Shown: piece by piece, positions 26,993 through 36,733 of the stretch | Numbering within the stretch: position 1 is the first letter of the stretch | Layout: each line of letters begins with the position of its first letter | Assembly (NCBI GenBank): GCA_964513075.1 | Contig: CAZELR010000007.1 | Location: forward strand, 22,208 to 86,207 | Direction of reading: 5' to 3' | DNA from: an uncultured Anaerolineales bacterium | GTDB taxonomy: Bacteria > Chloroflexota > Anaerolineae > CG2-30-64-16 | Length of the DNA: 64,000 nucleotides | Notes under the pieces: model-generated | Database searches by the model: none | What the model was told of the DNA's origin: nothing | The model's input: only the letters and a program-made list of their open reading frames with translations | Position numbers and translations under genes: made by a program

Positions 26993-29900
26993 ATGATCTC
27001 TGATCCGCAGGATCGCATTCGCTCCGTCATGCTTCATGCCATTGTCTCTGTAGCAGCCATGTGCTTGATCGGTTTGTTGCCGGCTTTACTCGTGAGCGCC
27101 GGCTTTCCGGCCACGACCCCCGCACCGCTTTCGCTCCTCACGTTGCCTGATCCGATCACGATTATCGGCAGCCCGCTGCGTGTTGCCGTTGGATCGGACA
27201 GCAGTATCCAGGCCTACTACAATGGCCTTGGCCAGGTGTACGGCTGGCAGGATGGCAGCGCGGATAGTGGAGTCTGGCTGCACATCGGCAGCGATGTCTA
27301 TGGGCCGGACGCCTGTTTCAGCGGACGCTTAGCCACCAACATGGTCACCGTGCGGCCGTGGACTGCGTTAAGCCATAGCGGACCCACCGGCTCCGGCGCC
27401 GCCGCCGATCCGTGGGTCATCACGACGGTCCTGGGCGCGGGATCGAGCGGCGTACAGGTGACCCAGCGCGTCTCCTACGTCAACGGCCAGGACTACTTCC
27501 GCCTGAAATGGGATGTTGCCAACGCTTCCGGGGCGCCCATTACAGCCAACCTGTTTCATGCCGCGGACAGTTACTTTGGTAACGATGACTATGGTCGCGG
27601 CTACTATGACCCGGTCAGCGGCGCCGTGGGCGGCTATATTCCCAGCGGCCCGTGGTACATGCTGTTCGTGCCCGCGACGCCCGCCACTGCTTACAAAGAG
27701 GACTGGTACTTCAACATCTGGGCGGGTATCGGGTATTGCGGCGACACCGTCTCGTGTCCGGTCTCGGGAGCTTGCTCCCCTGGGTCGGGGTTTGACAACA
27801 CCATCGACACCAGCCCGGCTGGCGTTGACAACGGTTTCGGGCTGCAATGGCAGCGGACGATCGCGTCGGGCGCTGGCGCAACAGTCGGAGACTGGTGGAC
27901 GTTCGGCAGCATTCCCACCCTGCCCGGCGAGGAGCCGACGCCCACCCCTACAGCCACGCGCACGCCGACGGCGACCAACACCAGCACATATACCCCTACG
28001 CGGACGCCCACCGCGACGGTAACGCCTACCGCAACCGTCACCCCTGGCGGCTGCGGTGCACCGACCGAGACGGGAACGATCGTCAGAACGTTGGCCTATC
28101 ACCAGCTTACAGCCTTCGCCAGCCGGCCGGGCGTGCATACCCGGGGCAATAGCCCTTCGATCCTGAGCGTAGATGGCAGCCGGGCCGCGTTTTTGGTGGG
28201 CGGGTCACCGGCGCATGTCTGGGTAATCGATGCGGACGGCACAGGATTGCGCGAGATTAATACCCAGCCCGGTGGGGATTATACGAACGTCGATATCAGC
28301 GCTGACGGCTCGAAGGTGCTCTCCTGGGATGAAAGTGACGGCGGAGAGGTTCGCATGGTCAACGCCGACGGCAGCGACGCGCATGTCGTCTTATCGTACT
28401 CGAGTGGACGCGGTTACTTTCGCCTCTCGCCCGACGGTACGAAGGTTTATTTTGCGTTCACCTGGTATCTCAGCTACGGCGGGCAGAGCTACAACCCCGG
28501 TCTGTTTGTCATCAACGCCGACGGCACCGGCCTGCGCCAGATCTTAGATCGCGCCAGCGTCCATGCGCTCTTCGGCAAGCCGGTGCCTGAGCTGCAGTTT
28601 TACTGGCATGGCCCGCCCTTCGATGTGTCGGACGACGGCAGCCATATCGTGCTTCAGGTGCTCGTGCCGGATGTCGGTTGGCCCATCATGCGCGTGAACG
28701 GTGACGGAAGCGATTTGCAGGCGTACGCTTTGTTCCCGAATAACGCACATCCCGATGTGGGGAACCTGGGCATCAGCGGCGACGGTCGGGTGGCCTTCTA
28801 TGAAGTGATGACCGACCCGTGGGAGCTGGGCGTGTTCAACTGGGATGGCTCGGGCAAGCGCGCACTGGCCAGTGGCCTGGGCGGGCTCAACACCCAGGGC
28901 GAGGTCGTTCAGTTGACATATGATGGCACGAAGCTGTCCTATGGCTCGTTGAATCGCCTCTACAACACCGATGGCTCCGCTGTGCTGCAGTTGGCGGCCA
29001 CCGGCCCCACCTTGAGTGGCGACCCTCCCCTGATGGTCGGCAACTGGGGGATGTACCGCAGCAGCATGAACCGCGACGCCACGCGCTTCCTGTTCACCTT
29101 CGACAACAACACCTGGGTGGACGGCGCGCTCGTGCCTGAGCAGTTGGGTATTCTGGCGCTGAACCCGGCCAGCCTGGGGCAAGCGCCCACCCTTGCAGAT
29201 CCCAAGATCGCGCCGTTCTACTTGGTGCGCGGAGATGGCTCGACGACCACCTTCAGCGCCCGATCGAGTTCGGCTAACATGCATCTGCGCACCAACGCCG
29301 TCGTGTTTCGAAGCGGGCTGGAGGTGAACAGCAATATCGTCAACGATGCCGTGTTGTACGATGATGGCAGCAACGGTGACATCACCGCAGGGGATGGCCG
29401 CTTCACCAACAGCTTTGTCCGAGCCAACTCCGACGCTGTGATCGGTCCGCACACGGTGCGCATGAAGACCGAGGTGCGCGCTTCCGACGGCCGGCGCCAC
29501 GCCACCGCGCTCGATGTGGCGCAGCTCGACGTCGTCCTTGCCGTGCCGCCGGGGGTGGGTCCCTGCACGCCCACGCCGACGCCTACCGTAACCGTCACCC
29601 CTGCCGCGTGCGGCCTACCGACCGAGGCGGGAACGGTCGTGCGCACGCTGGCCTATCACCAGCTCACATCCTTTACCGCCCAGCCGGGTGTGCACCCCGG
29701 CAAGAGGGCCTCCATCCTCTCTGCAGATGGCAGCCGCGCCGCCTTTGTTGTGAAGAGTGCTCCTTCCCACGTTTACGTCGTCAATGCGGATGGCACGGGG
29801 CTGCGCGAGGTAGACACGCTCTCCGGAGACTGGGACCCAAAAGTGGACATCAGCGCCGACGGGTCAAGGGTGCTCTACTGGGACGGCGTTGTGGCGTACA

Positions 29901-32900
29901 CGATCAACGCCGACGGCAGCAACCGGCGCCAGGTCATTGAGCTTGGCGCCTATCCGTACTTCCGCCTTTCTGCCGACGGTGCGCAGGTTTTCTTTGCGAT
30001 TGACAGGGATGTGCGACCGAACGTGACGTACAATGCCGGACTGTACGTGATAAATGCCGATGGCAGCGGCCTCCGCCGGATCGTGGACCCGGCTCAGGTG
30101 CACGCGCTTTTCGGCAAGCCGATCCCTGGACTGCCGTTCTCTTGGTGGGGTGCGGCGTTTGACGTCTCCAGTGATGGGAGTCGCATCGTCTTCAACGTGA
30201 TCGACTACGATGGGCATGACCGGATCCTGCGCGTGAACAGCGACGGCAGCGGTTTGCAGGAATACTCGCTGTCAACGACCTCCTCCGTGAACAACCTGGG
30301 GATCAGCGGTGATGGCAGGATCGTGTTTTACCAGGTGTGGAGGATCGACCACGACGAACTGGGTGTGTTCAACTGGGACGGCTCAGGCCAGCGGGTGCTC
30401 GACACCGTGGGGGGCTGGAACGGCACCGAGGGTGAGGTTGTGCAGCTATCATACGACGGTTTGAAGCTCAACCATGGCTCCCGGAACCGCCTCTACAACA
30501 CCGACGGCAGCGGCGTGCTGCAACTGGCGGCCTACGGAGCCACCTCGACCGGCGATCCGCCGCTGATGGTGGGCTCGGGTGACGGGGGCTTCCAAAGAAG
30601 CAGCATGAGCCGCGACGCCACACGGTTCCTCTTTTTCTTCAACCTGGGCTACGTAGATGGCGCGCCGACGCCAGCGCAACTGGGCTTGCTGGAGCTGAAC
30701 CCGGCCAGCCTGGGCCAGGCGCCCGCCCTGGCCGATCCTAAGATCGCACCCTCTTACGTGGTGATCGGGGACTCGAAGACCAGCATCAGCGTCCGTATGA
30801 ACACGACCAACCCCCACGTCCGCACCAACAGCGTGGCATTACGCAACGGGGTGGAGGTGAACAGCAACGTTGTCTATCAGGCCGTGCTCTACGATGACGG
30901 CAGCTACGGCGACGTAACGGCGGGCGACGGCCGCTTCACCAACAATACGGTTGGGGCCAGCGCCAGCGCGCTGCTCGGCCCACACATTGTGCGCGTGAAG
31001 ACTGAGGTGCGTGCGGCCGATGGCCGCCGCTACGCCACTGCGCTTGACGTAGCCCAGCTCGACGTCGTCACTGAGATCCCCCCGGGCATGGGCCCCTGCA
31101 CGCCCACGCCGACGCCCACAAGCACGCGTACGCCAACGCACACCCCCACTCCGACGCGTACGCCGACGCGCACGCCGATGCCTACGGCCACATCCACCCC
31201 GACCCGAACGTCTACACCCACCGTGGGTCTGCCCGACCTGACCGTAAGTCGGCTGGAGGTGAATCAGGCCATCCAGAACGACGCCAACAGCATCCCGCTG
31301 ATTGCGTCCAAGCGGACGGTCGTACGCGCCTACTTGGGGTTGAGCGCTTCCATGCCCATTGGCACGGTTACCGGCCGGTTGCGGGGCTATCGCGGGAGCA
31401 CGTCCTTGGGCACGGTCGCGCCGTTCAACCCAAGCGGCCGTATCACGGTAGTCCAGCCGGCCGACTGGCGGCAGATCAACCACACCCTGAACTTTGAAGT
31501 GCCGTTCGGATGGCTGACCGGGGCTGTGCGGCTGGAAGTTGAAGTCAATAACGACCGCGCGGTGCCGGAGAACAACTACGGCAACAACACGACGTCGGTG
31601 GACGTCACCTTCGTGGACGGCGGCGACCTGCGCATTGCCTGGCTGCCCATCCGCTACGTCACCCCTGGCTACACTGGGCCGGCCGAACCTTCCGCCCGCA
31701 TCGCCAAGGGCCAGGCCTGGCTGGTCGCGACCTACCCGGTCAGCCACACGCGCGTTAAATACTACCCCTGGCCGGGCATCACCTGGGGCGGCGACGTGAA
31801 TTTCGGCACCGGCGGCATCAAGCTGCTTAACTATCTAAACCGGTTGCTTCAGCTCAGCCAGACCAGCCCTCGACCCGACCATGTCTACGGCTGGCTGCCC
31901 CCCGGTGTCTTTGGAGGCAACGGCCTGGCGTGGCTGCCCGGTCAGACCGCCTTCGGCAACGACACCGATGGCCGTTGGCGGCGCACCTTGACACACGAGA
32001 TCGGGCACAACCGCAACATCGGCCACTGGGATGCGACGATCCGGCTTCATGGCTTTGATGTCGCCGCGCGTGAGGTGCGCGAGGACACCCGGCTCGACTT
32101 CATGGTGCCCGGTCGATTGGAGAGTGAAGCATGGGTCGCGCCGGAGATATACACCTACCTGCATGAGCACATGAGCATGGCCGCTGACCAGGACGCGAGC
32201 CCAACGCGGGCCGTGGCTAACGAATACCTCCTGACTTCCGGCTTGATCAATCAGGATGGTACGGCCAGCTTCGATGTATTCTACCGCCAGGCGCAGACTG
32301 ACCCGTTGGACAACCCGCTGGCCGGGACGGCCTACTGTCTGGAGCTGTACGACGCTGGAAGCCTGCAGGCGACGGCACATCGTCTGCTGTCAAGCACCTG
32401 CTTCGATATCTCGTACGACTTTGGTGACAGTGCAACCCCCATGACGACCGCGCCCTTCGCATTGACCGTGCCCTTCCCTCCCACAACCCGGCAGATCGTG
32501 CTGAAACATGGACCTGCGGTTGTCGCCACGCGCACGGTCAGCAACAGCGGTCCGGTGATCTGGGTCTCTCTATCTGGCGGAGGCATGGTCAGGACGGTCA
32601 ACTGGACGGCAAACGACTTCGACGGCGATCCCCTGAGCTACTCGGTGCTCTATAGCAATGACAACAAGCAATCGTGGTTCGCCGTGGCGACCGATCTCGC
32701 CGCCACCACATACGGCCTGGACACGAGCACGCTGCCCGGCGGGACGAATGCCTTTGTGCGCATTCTGGCCAGTGATGGCGTCAACACGGGCCAGGCGGAC
32801 GCAGGGCCGTTTGCTGTCAACGACAAAGAGCCCACCCCTTTGATCAGTGCGCCGGCCGATGGGAGTACCTTCGCCCCCGGTGAGAACGTGCTGCTGGTGG

Positions 32901-33130
32901 GTGATGGCTTCGACCTGGAGGATGGTTCGCTGCCGGATAGCCGTCTTATCTGGTCTTCCGATCGGGATGGCGTGCTGGGCATTGGCCGCACGGTGGAACG
33001 AAACGATCTCAGCGCAGGAACACATCATGTCACCCTGACGGTGGGAGATAGCGCCGGCAACCAGGCGACTGCCACCATCATGCTAACAATCCGTCGGCCG
33101 GCGACGTATCTTCCACTGATCCTGCGATGA
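26993..33130 (+). CDS. Giant (2045-aa) modular surface/secreted protein: N-terminal anchor, unknown domain, PT linker, two tandem ~500-aa PD40/TolB-like beta-propeller plus beta-sandwich modules, PT linker, CARDB-like domain, Zn-metalloprotease-like domain (HEIGHNRNIGH), C-terminal beta domains
   Basis: Single uninterrupted ORF with an AAGGAGG SD; Pro/Thr linkers at ~27931-28044, ~29563-29602 and 31093-31224; repeated xDGS propeller blades; HExxHxxxxxH at 31995-32027; PDLTV...ENNYGNN CARDB-like signature. Confidence 0.85.
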   Translation: MISDPQDRIRSVMLHAIVSVAAMCLIGLLPALLVSAGFPATTPAPLSLLTLPDPITIIGSPLRVAVGSDSSIQAYYNGLGQVYGWQDGSADSGVWLHIGSDVYGPDACFSGRLATNMVTVRPWTALSHSGPTGSGAAADPWVITTVLGAGSSGVQVTQRVSYVNGQDYFRLKWDVANASGAPITANLFHAADSYFGNDDYGRGYYDPVSGAVGGYIPSGPWYMLFVPATPATAYKEDWYFNIWAGIGYCGDTVSCPVSGACSPGSGFDNTIDTSPAGVDNGFGLQWQRTIASGAGATVGDWWTFGSIPTLPGEEPTPTPTATRTPTATNTSTYTPTRTPTATVTPTATVTPGGCGAPTETGTIVRTLAYHQLTAFASRPGVHTRGNSPSILSVDGSRAAFLVGGSPAHVWVIDADGTGLREINTQPGGDYTNVDISADGSKVLSWDESDGGEVRMVNADGSDAHVVLSYSSGRGYFRLSPDGTKVYFAFTWYLSYGGQSYNPGLFVINADGTGLRQILDRASVHALFGKPVPELQFYWHGPPFDVSDDGSHIVLQVLVPDVGWPIMRVNGDGSDLQAYALFPNNAHPDVGNLGISGDGRVAFYEVMTDPWELGVFNWDGSGKRALASGLGGLNTQGEVVQLTYDGTKLSYGSLNRLYNTDGSAVLQLAATGPTLSGDPPLMVGNWGMYRSSMNRDATRFLFTFDNNTWVDGALVPEQLGILALNPASLGQAPTLADPKIAPFYLVRGDGSTTTFSARSSSANMHLRTNAVVFRSGLEVNSNIVNDAVLYDDGSNGDITAGDGRFTNSFVRANSDAVIGPHTVRMKTEVRASDGRRHATALDVAQLDVVLAVPPGVGPCTPTPTPTVTVTPAACGLPTEAGTVVRTLAYHQLTSFTAQPGVHPGKRASILSADGSRAAFVVKSAPSHVYVVNADGTGLREVDTLSGDWDPKVDISADGSRVLYWDGVVAYTINADGSNRRQVIELGAYPYFRLSADGAQVFFAIDRDVRPNVTYNAGLYVINADGSGLRRIVDPAQVHALFGKPIPGLPFSWWGAAFDVSSDGSRIVFNVIDYDGHDRILRVNSDGSGLQEYSLSTTSSVNNLGISGDGRIVFYQVWRIDHDELGVFNWDGSGQRVLDTVGGWNGTEGEVVQLSYDGLKLNHGSRNRLYNTDGSGVLQLAAYGATSTGDPPLMVGSGDGGFQRSSMSRDATRFLFFFNLGYVDGAPTPAQLGLLELNPASLGQAPALADPKIAPSYVVIGDSKTSISVRMNTTNPHVRTNSVALRNGVEVNSNVVYQAVLYDDGSYGDVTAGDGRFTNNTVGASASALLGPHIVRVKTEVRAADGRRYATALDVAQLDVVTEIPPGMGPCTPTPTPTSTRTPTHTPTPTRTPTRTPMPTATSTPTRTSTPTVGLPDLTVSRLEVNQAIQNDANSIPLIASKRTVVRAYLGLSASMPIGTVTGRLRGYRGSTSLGTVAPFNPSGRITVVQPADWRQINHTLNFEVPFGWLTGAVRLEVEVNNDRAVPENNYGNNTTSVDVTFVDGGDLRIAWLPIRYVTPGYTGPAEPSARIAKGQAWLVATYPVSHTRVKYYPWPGITWGGDVNFGTGGIKLLNYLNRLLQLSQTSPRPDHVYGWLPPGVFGGNGLAWLPGQTAFGNDTDGRWRRTLTHEIGHNRNIGHWDATIRLHGFDVAAREVREDTRLDFMVPGRLESEAWVAPEIYTYLHEHMSMAADQDASPTRAVANEYLLTSGLINQDGTASFDVFYRQAQTDPLDNPLAGTAYCLELYDAGSLQATAHRLLSSTCFDISYDFGDSATPMTTAPFALTVPFPPTTRQIVLKHGPAVVATRTVSNSGPVIWVSLSGGGMVRTVNWTANDFDGDPLSYSVLYSNDNKQSWFAVATDLAATTYGLDTSTLPGGTNAFVRILASDGVNTGQADAGPFAVNDKEPTPLISAPADGSTFAPGENVLLVGDGFDLEDGSLPDSRLIWSSDRDGVLGIGRTVERNDLSAGTHHVTLTVGDSAGNQATATIMLTIRRPATYLPLILR
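28046..31100 (+). repeat. Intragenic tandem duplication: two ~1.5-kb modules (28046-29602 and 29603-31100) at roughly two-thirds aa identity by eye
   Basis: Both copies start GCGAPTETGTIVRTLAYHQLT / ACGLPTEAGTVVRTLAYHQLT and end TALDVAQLDVV..PPG.GPCTPTPTPT; collinear throughout. Confidence 0.75.
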
Positions 33131-33199
33131 GACGGGAGCTTTGGGCTCAGATCTTGCCAGCGTATCGCCAGCGTATCGCCAGGGCATCGGTCGAAGGTG

Positions 33200-33228
33200 T
33201 TGTCAAGCCGGTCGAAGCTTGATATACT
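33200..33228 (+). promoter_or_regulatory. Promoter TTGTCA-N17-TATACT, 7 nt upstream of the ATG (leaderless mRNA likely)
   Basis: TTGTCA 33200-33205, 17-nt spacer, TATACT 33223-33228, ATG 33236; shares the 13-nt TTGTCAAGCCGGT and the TATACTCAT with the 26863 promoter. Confidence 0.5.
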
Positions 33229-33235
33229 CATAATC

Positions 33236-34531
33236 ATGCATTCACCTTTGTTTCATTCCCGCATCCGCACCCAGTCACAGATCTGGGTGGTGCCGGCTGG
33301 TTATGTGCTGGCTGCTCTCGCGTGTGGCTGGTTCTTGCCCCAAGTCGCTGCCCGGCTCTTCGGCAGCGGCGCCTGGACGGCGCTCTTTTCGGCAAACGCC
33401 GCAACTGTCATCCTGTCGTCGGTTGTCTCGGGCATGCTGGCTTTTACGGGATTCGTTTTCACGATGGCCTTCGTAATGGTGCAGTTTGGCAGCAGCCAAT
33501 ACACGCCTCGCCTTTCCAACTATTTACTGCGTGATCGCATCTTTCGTCATGCGCTGGGCATGTTCACTGCTACTTTTGTCTACGCATTAGTGGCGCTGCC
33601 TGTTGTGGATCGTAGAGGTTCAGGCGCGGCCAGTGACCTGATGGTGATCTCTGTCTTGGCAGCCGTCCTGGGCAGCGTGACCCTTTTCCTGGCGCTTATC
33701 CAGCGCGTCACTGCCCTTCAGGTGACCAACGTGCTTCACCAGGTCGGCTCGTTGGGCCGTACTGTGATCGAGCATTTATACCCGTTGACGGATGCGGCCG
33801 CGGCCAGTGCGGTCTCCGGCCCAGCACCCGAGGCCGCACTGCCGCCCGTGATGCAGACGACGCACTATCATGGCGGTCCGATGGCCATCATCGAATTGGA
33901 CGTGCCGGGATTAGTCCGGTTAGCGCAGCATCACAACGCAATCATCGAGCTGGAATACGCAGTGGGTGATACCCTGACCGATGGCGCAGCGTTGTTGCGC
34001 GTAAGAGGTGCAGCAACGCCCATCGCCAAGCGACGGCTGTGGCGCCAAGTCGTTATCGGTCCGCAGCGCACGATCGAGCAGGACCCCAAATATGCTATCC
34101 GCCTGATTGTTGATATCGCAATTCGGGCGCTTTCGCCCGCGATCAATGACCCAACTACGGCCGTCCAGGCGCTGGATGAGTTGGAGGATTTGCTGCATCG
34201 TATCGGAACACGGCGGCTGGATGTGGGGTACGCCTACGACAATACCCACCAATTACGGATTGTTTACCCAACGCCGGACTGGGACGACTTTGTGGCGCTG
34301 GCGGTCAGCGAGATCAGGCAGTATGGCGCCTCGTCGTTGCAAGTGATGCGTCGCCTGCACGCGTTGTTGAACGATCTGATTGAAGCCGTGCCGCCCACGC
34401 GCCGCGGCGCGGTTGAATTTCAGTTGCTCCAACTGATCGAGGCTGTCCCGCGTCAGTTCGTCGACCCGGACGACCAGGCCCAGGCATTGCAAGTGGATCG
34501 CCAGGGCATGGGTCTCGCTCGTCCCTCTTGA
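33236..34531 (+). CDS. DUF2254-family membrane protein
   Basis: Start taken at MHSPLFHSRI (33236) directly after the promoter; N-terminal TM helices and a conserved DUF2254-like cytoplasmic region. Confidence 0.65.
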   Translation: MHSPLFHSRIRTQSQIWVVPAGYVLAALACGWFLPQVAARLFGSGAWTALFSANAATVILSSVVSGMLAFTGFVFTMAFVMVQFGSSQYTPRLSNYLLRDRIFRHALGMFTATFVYALVALPVVDRRGSGAASDLMVISVLAAVLGSVTLFLALIQRVTALQVTNVLHQVGSLGRTVIEHLYPLTDAAAASAVSGPAPEAALPPVMQTTHYHGGPMAIIELDVPGLVRLAQHHNAIIELEYAVGDTLTDGAALLRVRGAATPIAKRRLWRQVVIGPQRTIEQDPKYAIRLIVDIAIRALSPAINDPTTAVQALDELEDLLHRIGTRRLDVGYAYDNTHQLRIVYPTPDWDDFVALAVSEIRQYGASSLQVMRRLHALLNDLIEAVPPTRRGAVEFQLLQLIEAVPRQFVDPDDQAQALQVDRQGMGLARPS

Positions 34532-34562
34532 CTTTTGTCTATATACCCGCGCGGAGTAGCTC

Positions 34563-36704
34563 ATGTTTCAGACCTACCTCGCCTTCTTCACTCGGCCCCT
34601 ACGGGTCTTACAAGATTTCCGCAAGGAAAACCTGCGGCCTGACCTGATCGCCGGGCTGACCGTGGCGGTCATCCTGCTGCCGCAGGCGATCGCCTATGCC
34701 TCCATTGCCCAGCTGCCGCCCCAGATGGGTCTTTACACCGCCGTCATCGCCGCCATCGTTGGTGCACTGTGGGGGTCGTCGAAACAACTACACACCGGAC
34801 CAACCAGCACCGCCTCGCTGCTGATGTTCGCTACGCTGTTGACTATCGCTGACCCAGGATCACCGCGCTATCTGGCCGCTGCCGGCGTGTTGGCCGTCCT
34901 GGTCGGAATCTTCCGCCTGCTGCTGGGGCTGGCTCGCCTTGGCATGCTGGTCAACTTTGTCTCCGATTCCGTCATCATCGGGTTCACCTCCGGGGCCGCG
35001 GTGCTCATTTGGGGCAGCCAGCTCAGCGCGCTGCTCCGGCTGAGCGTCCCCACTTCGTCCAGCCTGACCACCACCCTGGCCAACGTCATCCACCATGTCC
35101 ATGAAACGCACGTGCCGAGCTTGATCATGGGCGTGGCCGTTGTTGTGCTGATCGCGGTGCTGCGCCGGATCAACCGCAAATTGCCAGGACCGCTGATCGC
35201 CATGGTCCTGGCTGCAGCGGCTATCAGTGTCTTTGGGTTGAGCCAGCAGGGCTTCAAGGTCATCGGCCAGGTGCCGGCCGGCCTGCCCCCGTTCACCGGC
35301 CTGCCGCTCTTCGACCTCGACCTCATCGGCCAGCTTGCCGGAGCCGCACTGGCTATCGGGTCTATCGGGCTGGTGGAGGCCATGTCGGCCGCCCGCTCGA
35401 TGGCCAGCCAGACCGGCCAGCGACTCGACAGCAACCAGGAATTCGTCGGGCAGGGCCTGGCCAACATTGTTTCAGGCTTCTTTTCGGGCTATGCTGGCAA
35501 CGGATCGTTCTCGCGTTCGGCGCTGAATTTTGCATCCGGCGCACAAACGCCCATGGCCAGCGTCTTCTCCGGCGTTTTCGTCTTGATCGGCGCCTTTCTC
35601 CTGTCCCCGGCAGCCGCCAATGTGCCCAAAGCCGCCCTGGCCGGAGTACTGCTGATGATCGCCTACGGGATGATTGACCGCAAGGAAATCATCCGCATCT
35701 GGCGCGGCGCTCCCGGTGATGTCTTGATCATGCTCATCACGTTCGTCGGGACGCTGCTTCTGCCGCTGCAGTTTGCAGTCCTGGCGGGCATGCTGGTCTC
35801 GTTTGCGGTGTATATCGTGCGCACCAGTGTGCCGCGAGTAGTGCCGGTGCTGCCCGATGAGAACTACAGGCATCTCGTTCGCCGGCCGAGCCAGGCGCCT
35901 TGCCCGCAGTTGGCGCTCTTCGATGTTCTGGGCGACCTGTACTTCGGGGCGGTCAGCAACGTCGAAAAGACCATCGACGAGCACCTGGCCAGGCATCCCG
36001 GCCAGCGTTTTGTCCTGCTGCGCATGCAAAGCGTCAACCAGTGCGACATCAGCGGCATCCACGTGTTGGAGAGCATCATGCACCGGCTGCGAGACCGTGG
36101 CGGTGATCTGTTTCTCTTCCGGGTGCAGGAACCCGTCCGGCAGATCATGGACGCGACGGGCTTCCATCGCCAACTGGGCGCCGGTCCCGGGGTCGCCGAT
36201 CCCGTGGATCGCGAGCACTTCCTTCCGGATGATGGCGCGATTTCGTATCTGTACCATCGCATCCTCGACCCGGGAGTGTGCATCTACGAGTGCGAAGTGC
36301 GTGTTTTCCTGGAATGCCAGAACTTGCCGAAGCAGCTTGCCGCCGAGTCGGAGCGCATTCCCCTGCGCACGCAGATTCCTACCGGGCAGGTGGCTGAGAT
36401 TTCGCCTCGGGAGTTGTGGCGTCAGCTTGGTGGCGCCTCGCCTCCGTTGGTCATCGACGTGCGCGAGCCGCGCGAATTTGAGCGTGGCCACATCCCCCAG
36501 GCACAGTTGATTCCGCTGCGGCAACTGCTGTCCGAAACGACGGACTTGCCCCGCGATCGTGAGATCGTCTTTGTCTGCCAGGGCGGGCAGCGCGGTACGC
36601 GCGCAGCGTACGCCCTCAGCCGCGCGGGCTACGCCAAGGCGATGGCGCTGCAAGGCGGCATGCTGGCCTGGGAAGCGGCGGGACTGTTGGAGGCCGTCAG
36701 TTGA
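34563..36704 (+). CDS. SulP-family anion transporter with STAS domain fused to a C-terminal rhodanese domain
   Basis: 713 aa; SulP TM core, STAS (...FVLLRMQSVNQCDISGIHVL...), then a rhodanese-like end (VIDVREPREFERGHIPQAQLIP...VFVCQGGQRG). Confidence 0.85.
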   Translation: MFQTYLAFFTRPLRVLQDFRKENLRPDLIAGLTVAVILLPQAIAYASIAQLPPQMGLYTAVIAAIVGALWGSSKQLHTGPTSTASLLMFATLLTIADPGSPRYLAAAGVLAVLVGIFRLLLGLARLGMLVNFVSDSVIIGFTSGAAVLIWGSQLSALLRLSVPTSSSLTTTLANVIHHVHETHVPSLIMGVAVVVLIAVLRRINRKLPGPLIAMVLAAAAISVFGLSQQGFKVIGQVPAGLPPFTGLPLFDLDLIGQLAGAALAIGSIGLVEAMSAARSMASQTGQRLDSNQEFVGQGLANIVSGFFSGYAGNGSFSRSALNFASGAQTPMASVFSGVFVLIGAFLLSPAAANVPKAALAGVLLMIAYGMIDRKEIIRIWRGAPGDVLIMLITFVGTLLLPLQFAVLAGMLVSFAVYIVRTSVPRVVPVLPDENYRHLVRRPSQAPCPQLALFDVLGDLYFGAVSNVEKTIDEHLARHPGQRFVLLRMQSVNQCDISGIHVLESIMHRLRDRGGDLFLFRVQEPVRQIMDATGFHRQLGAGPGVADPVDREHFLPDDGAISYLYHRILDPGVCIYECEVRVFLECQNLPKQLAAESERIPLRTQIPTGQVAEISPRELWRQLGGASPPLVIDVREPREFERGHIPQAQLIPLRQLLSETTDLPRDREIVFVCQGGQRGTRAAYALSRAGYAKAMALQGGMLAWEAAGLLEAVS

Positions 36705-36733
36705 AACCGTTCTGCGGATGAGGAGACAAGACG

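Noticed and set aside
27368-31747. Multiple minus-strand ORFs (256, 318, 302 aa etc.) inside the giant gene
   Set aside because: The giant plus-strand ORF is continuous with coherent domain and repeat structure; the antisense ORFs are Gly/Arg/Val low-complexity.
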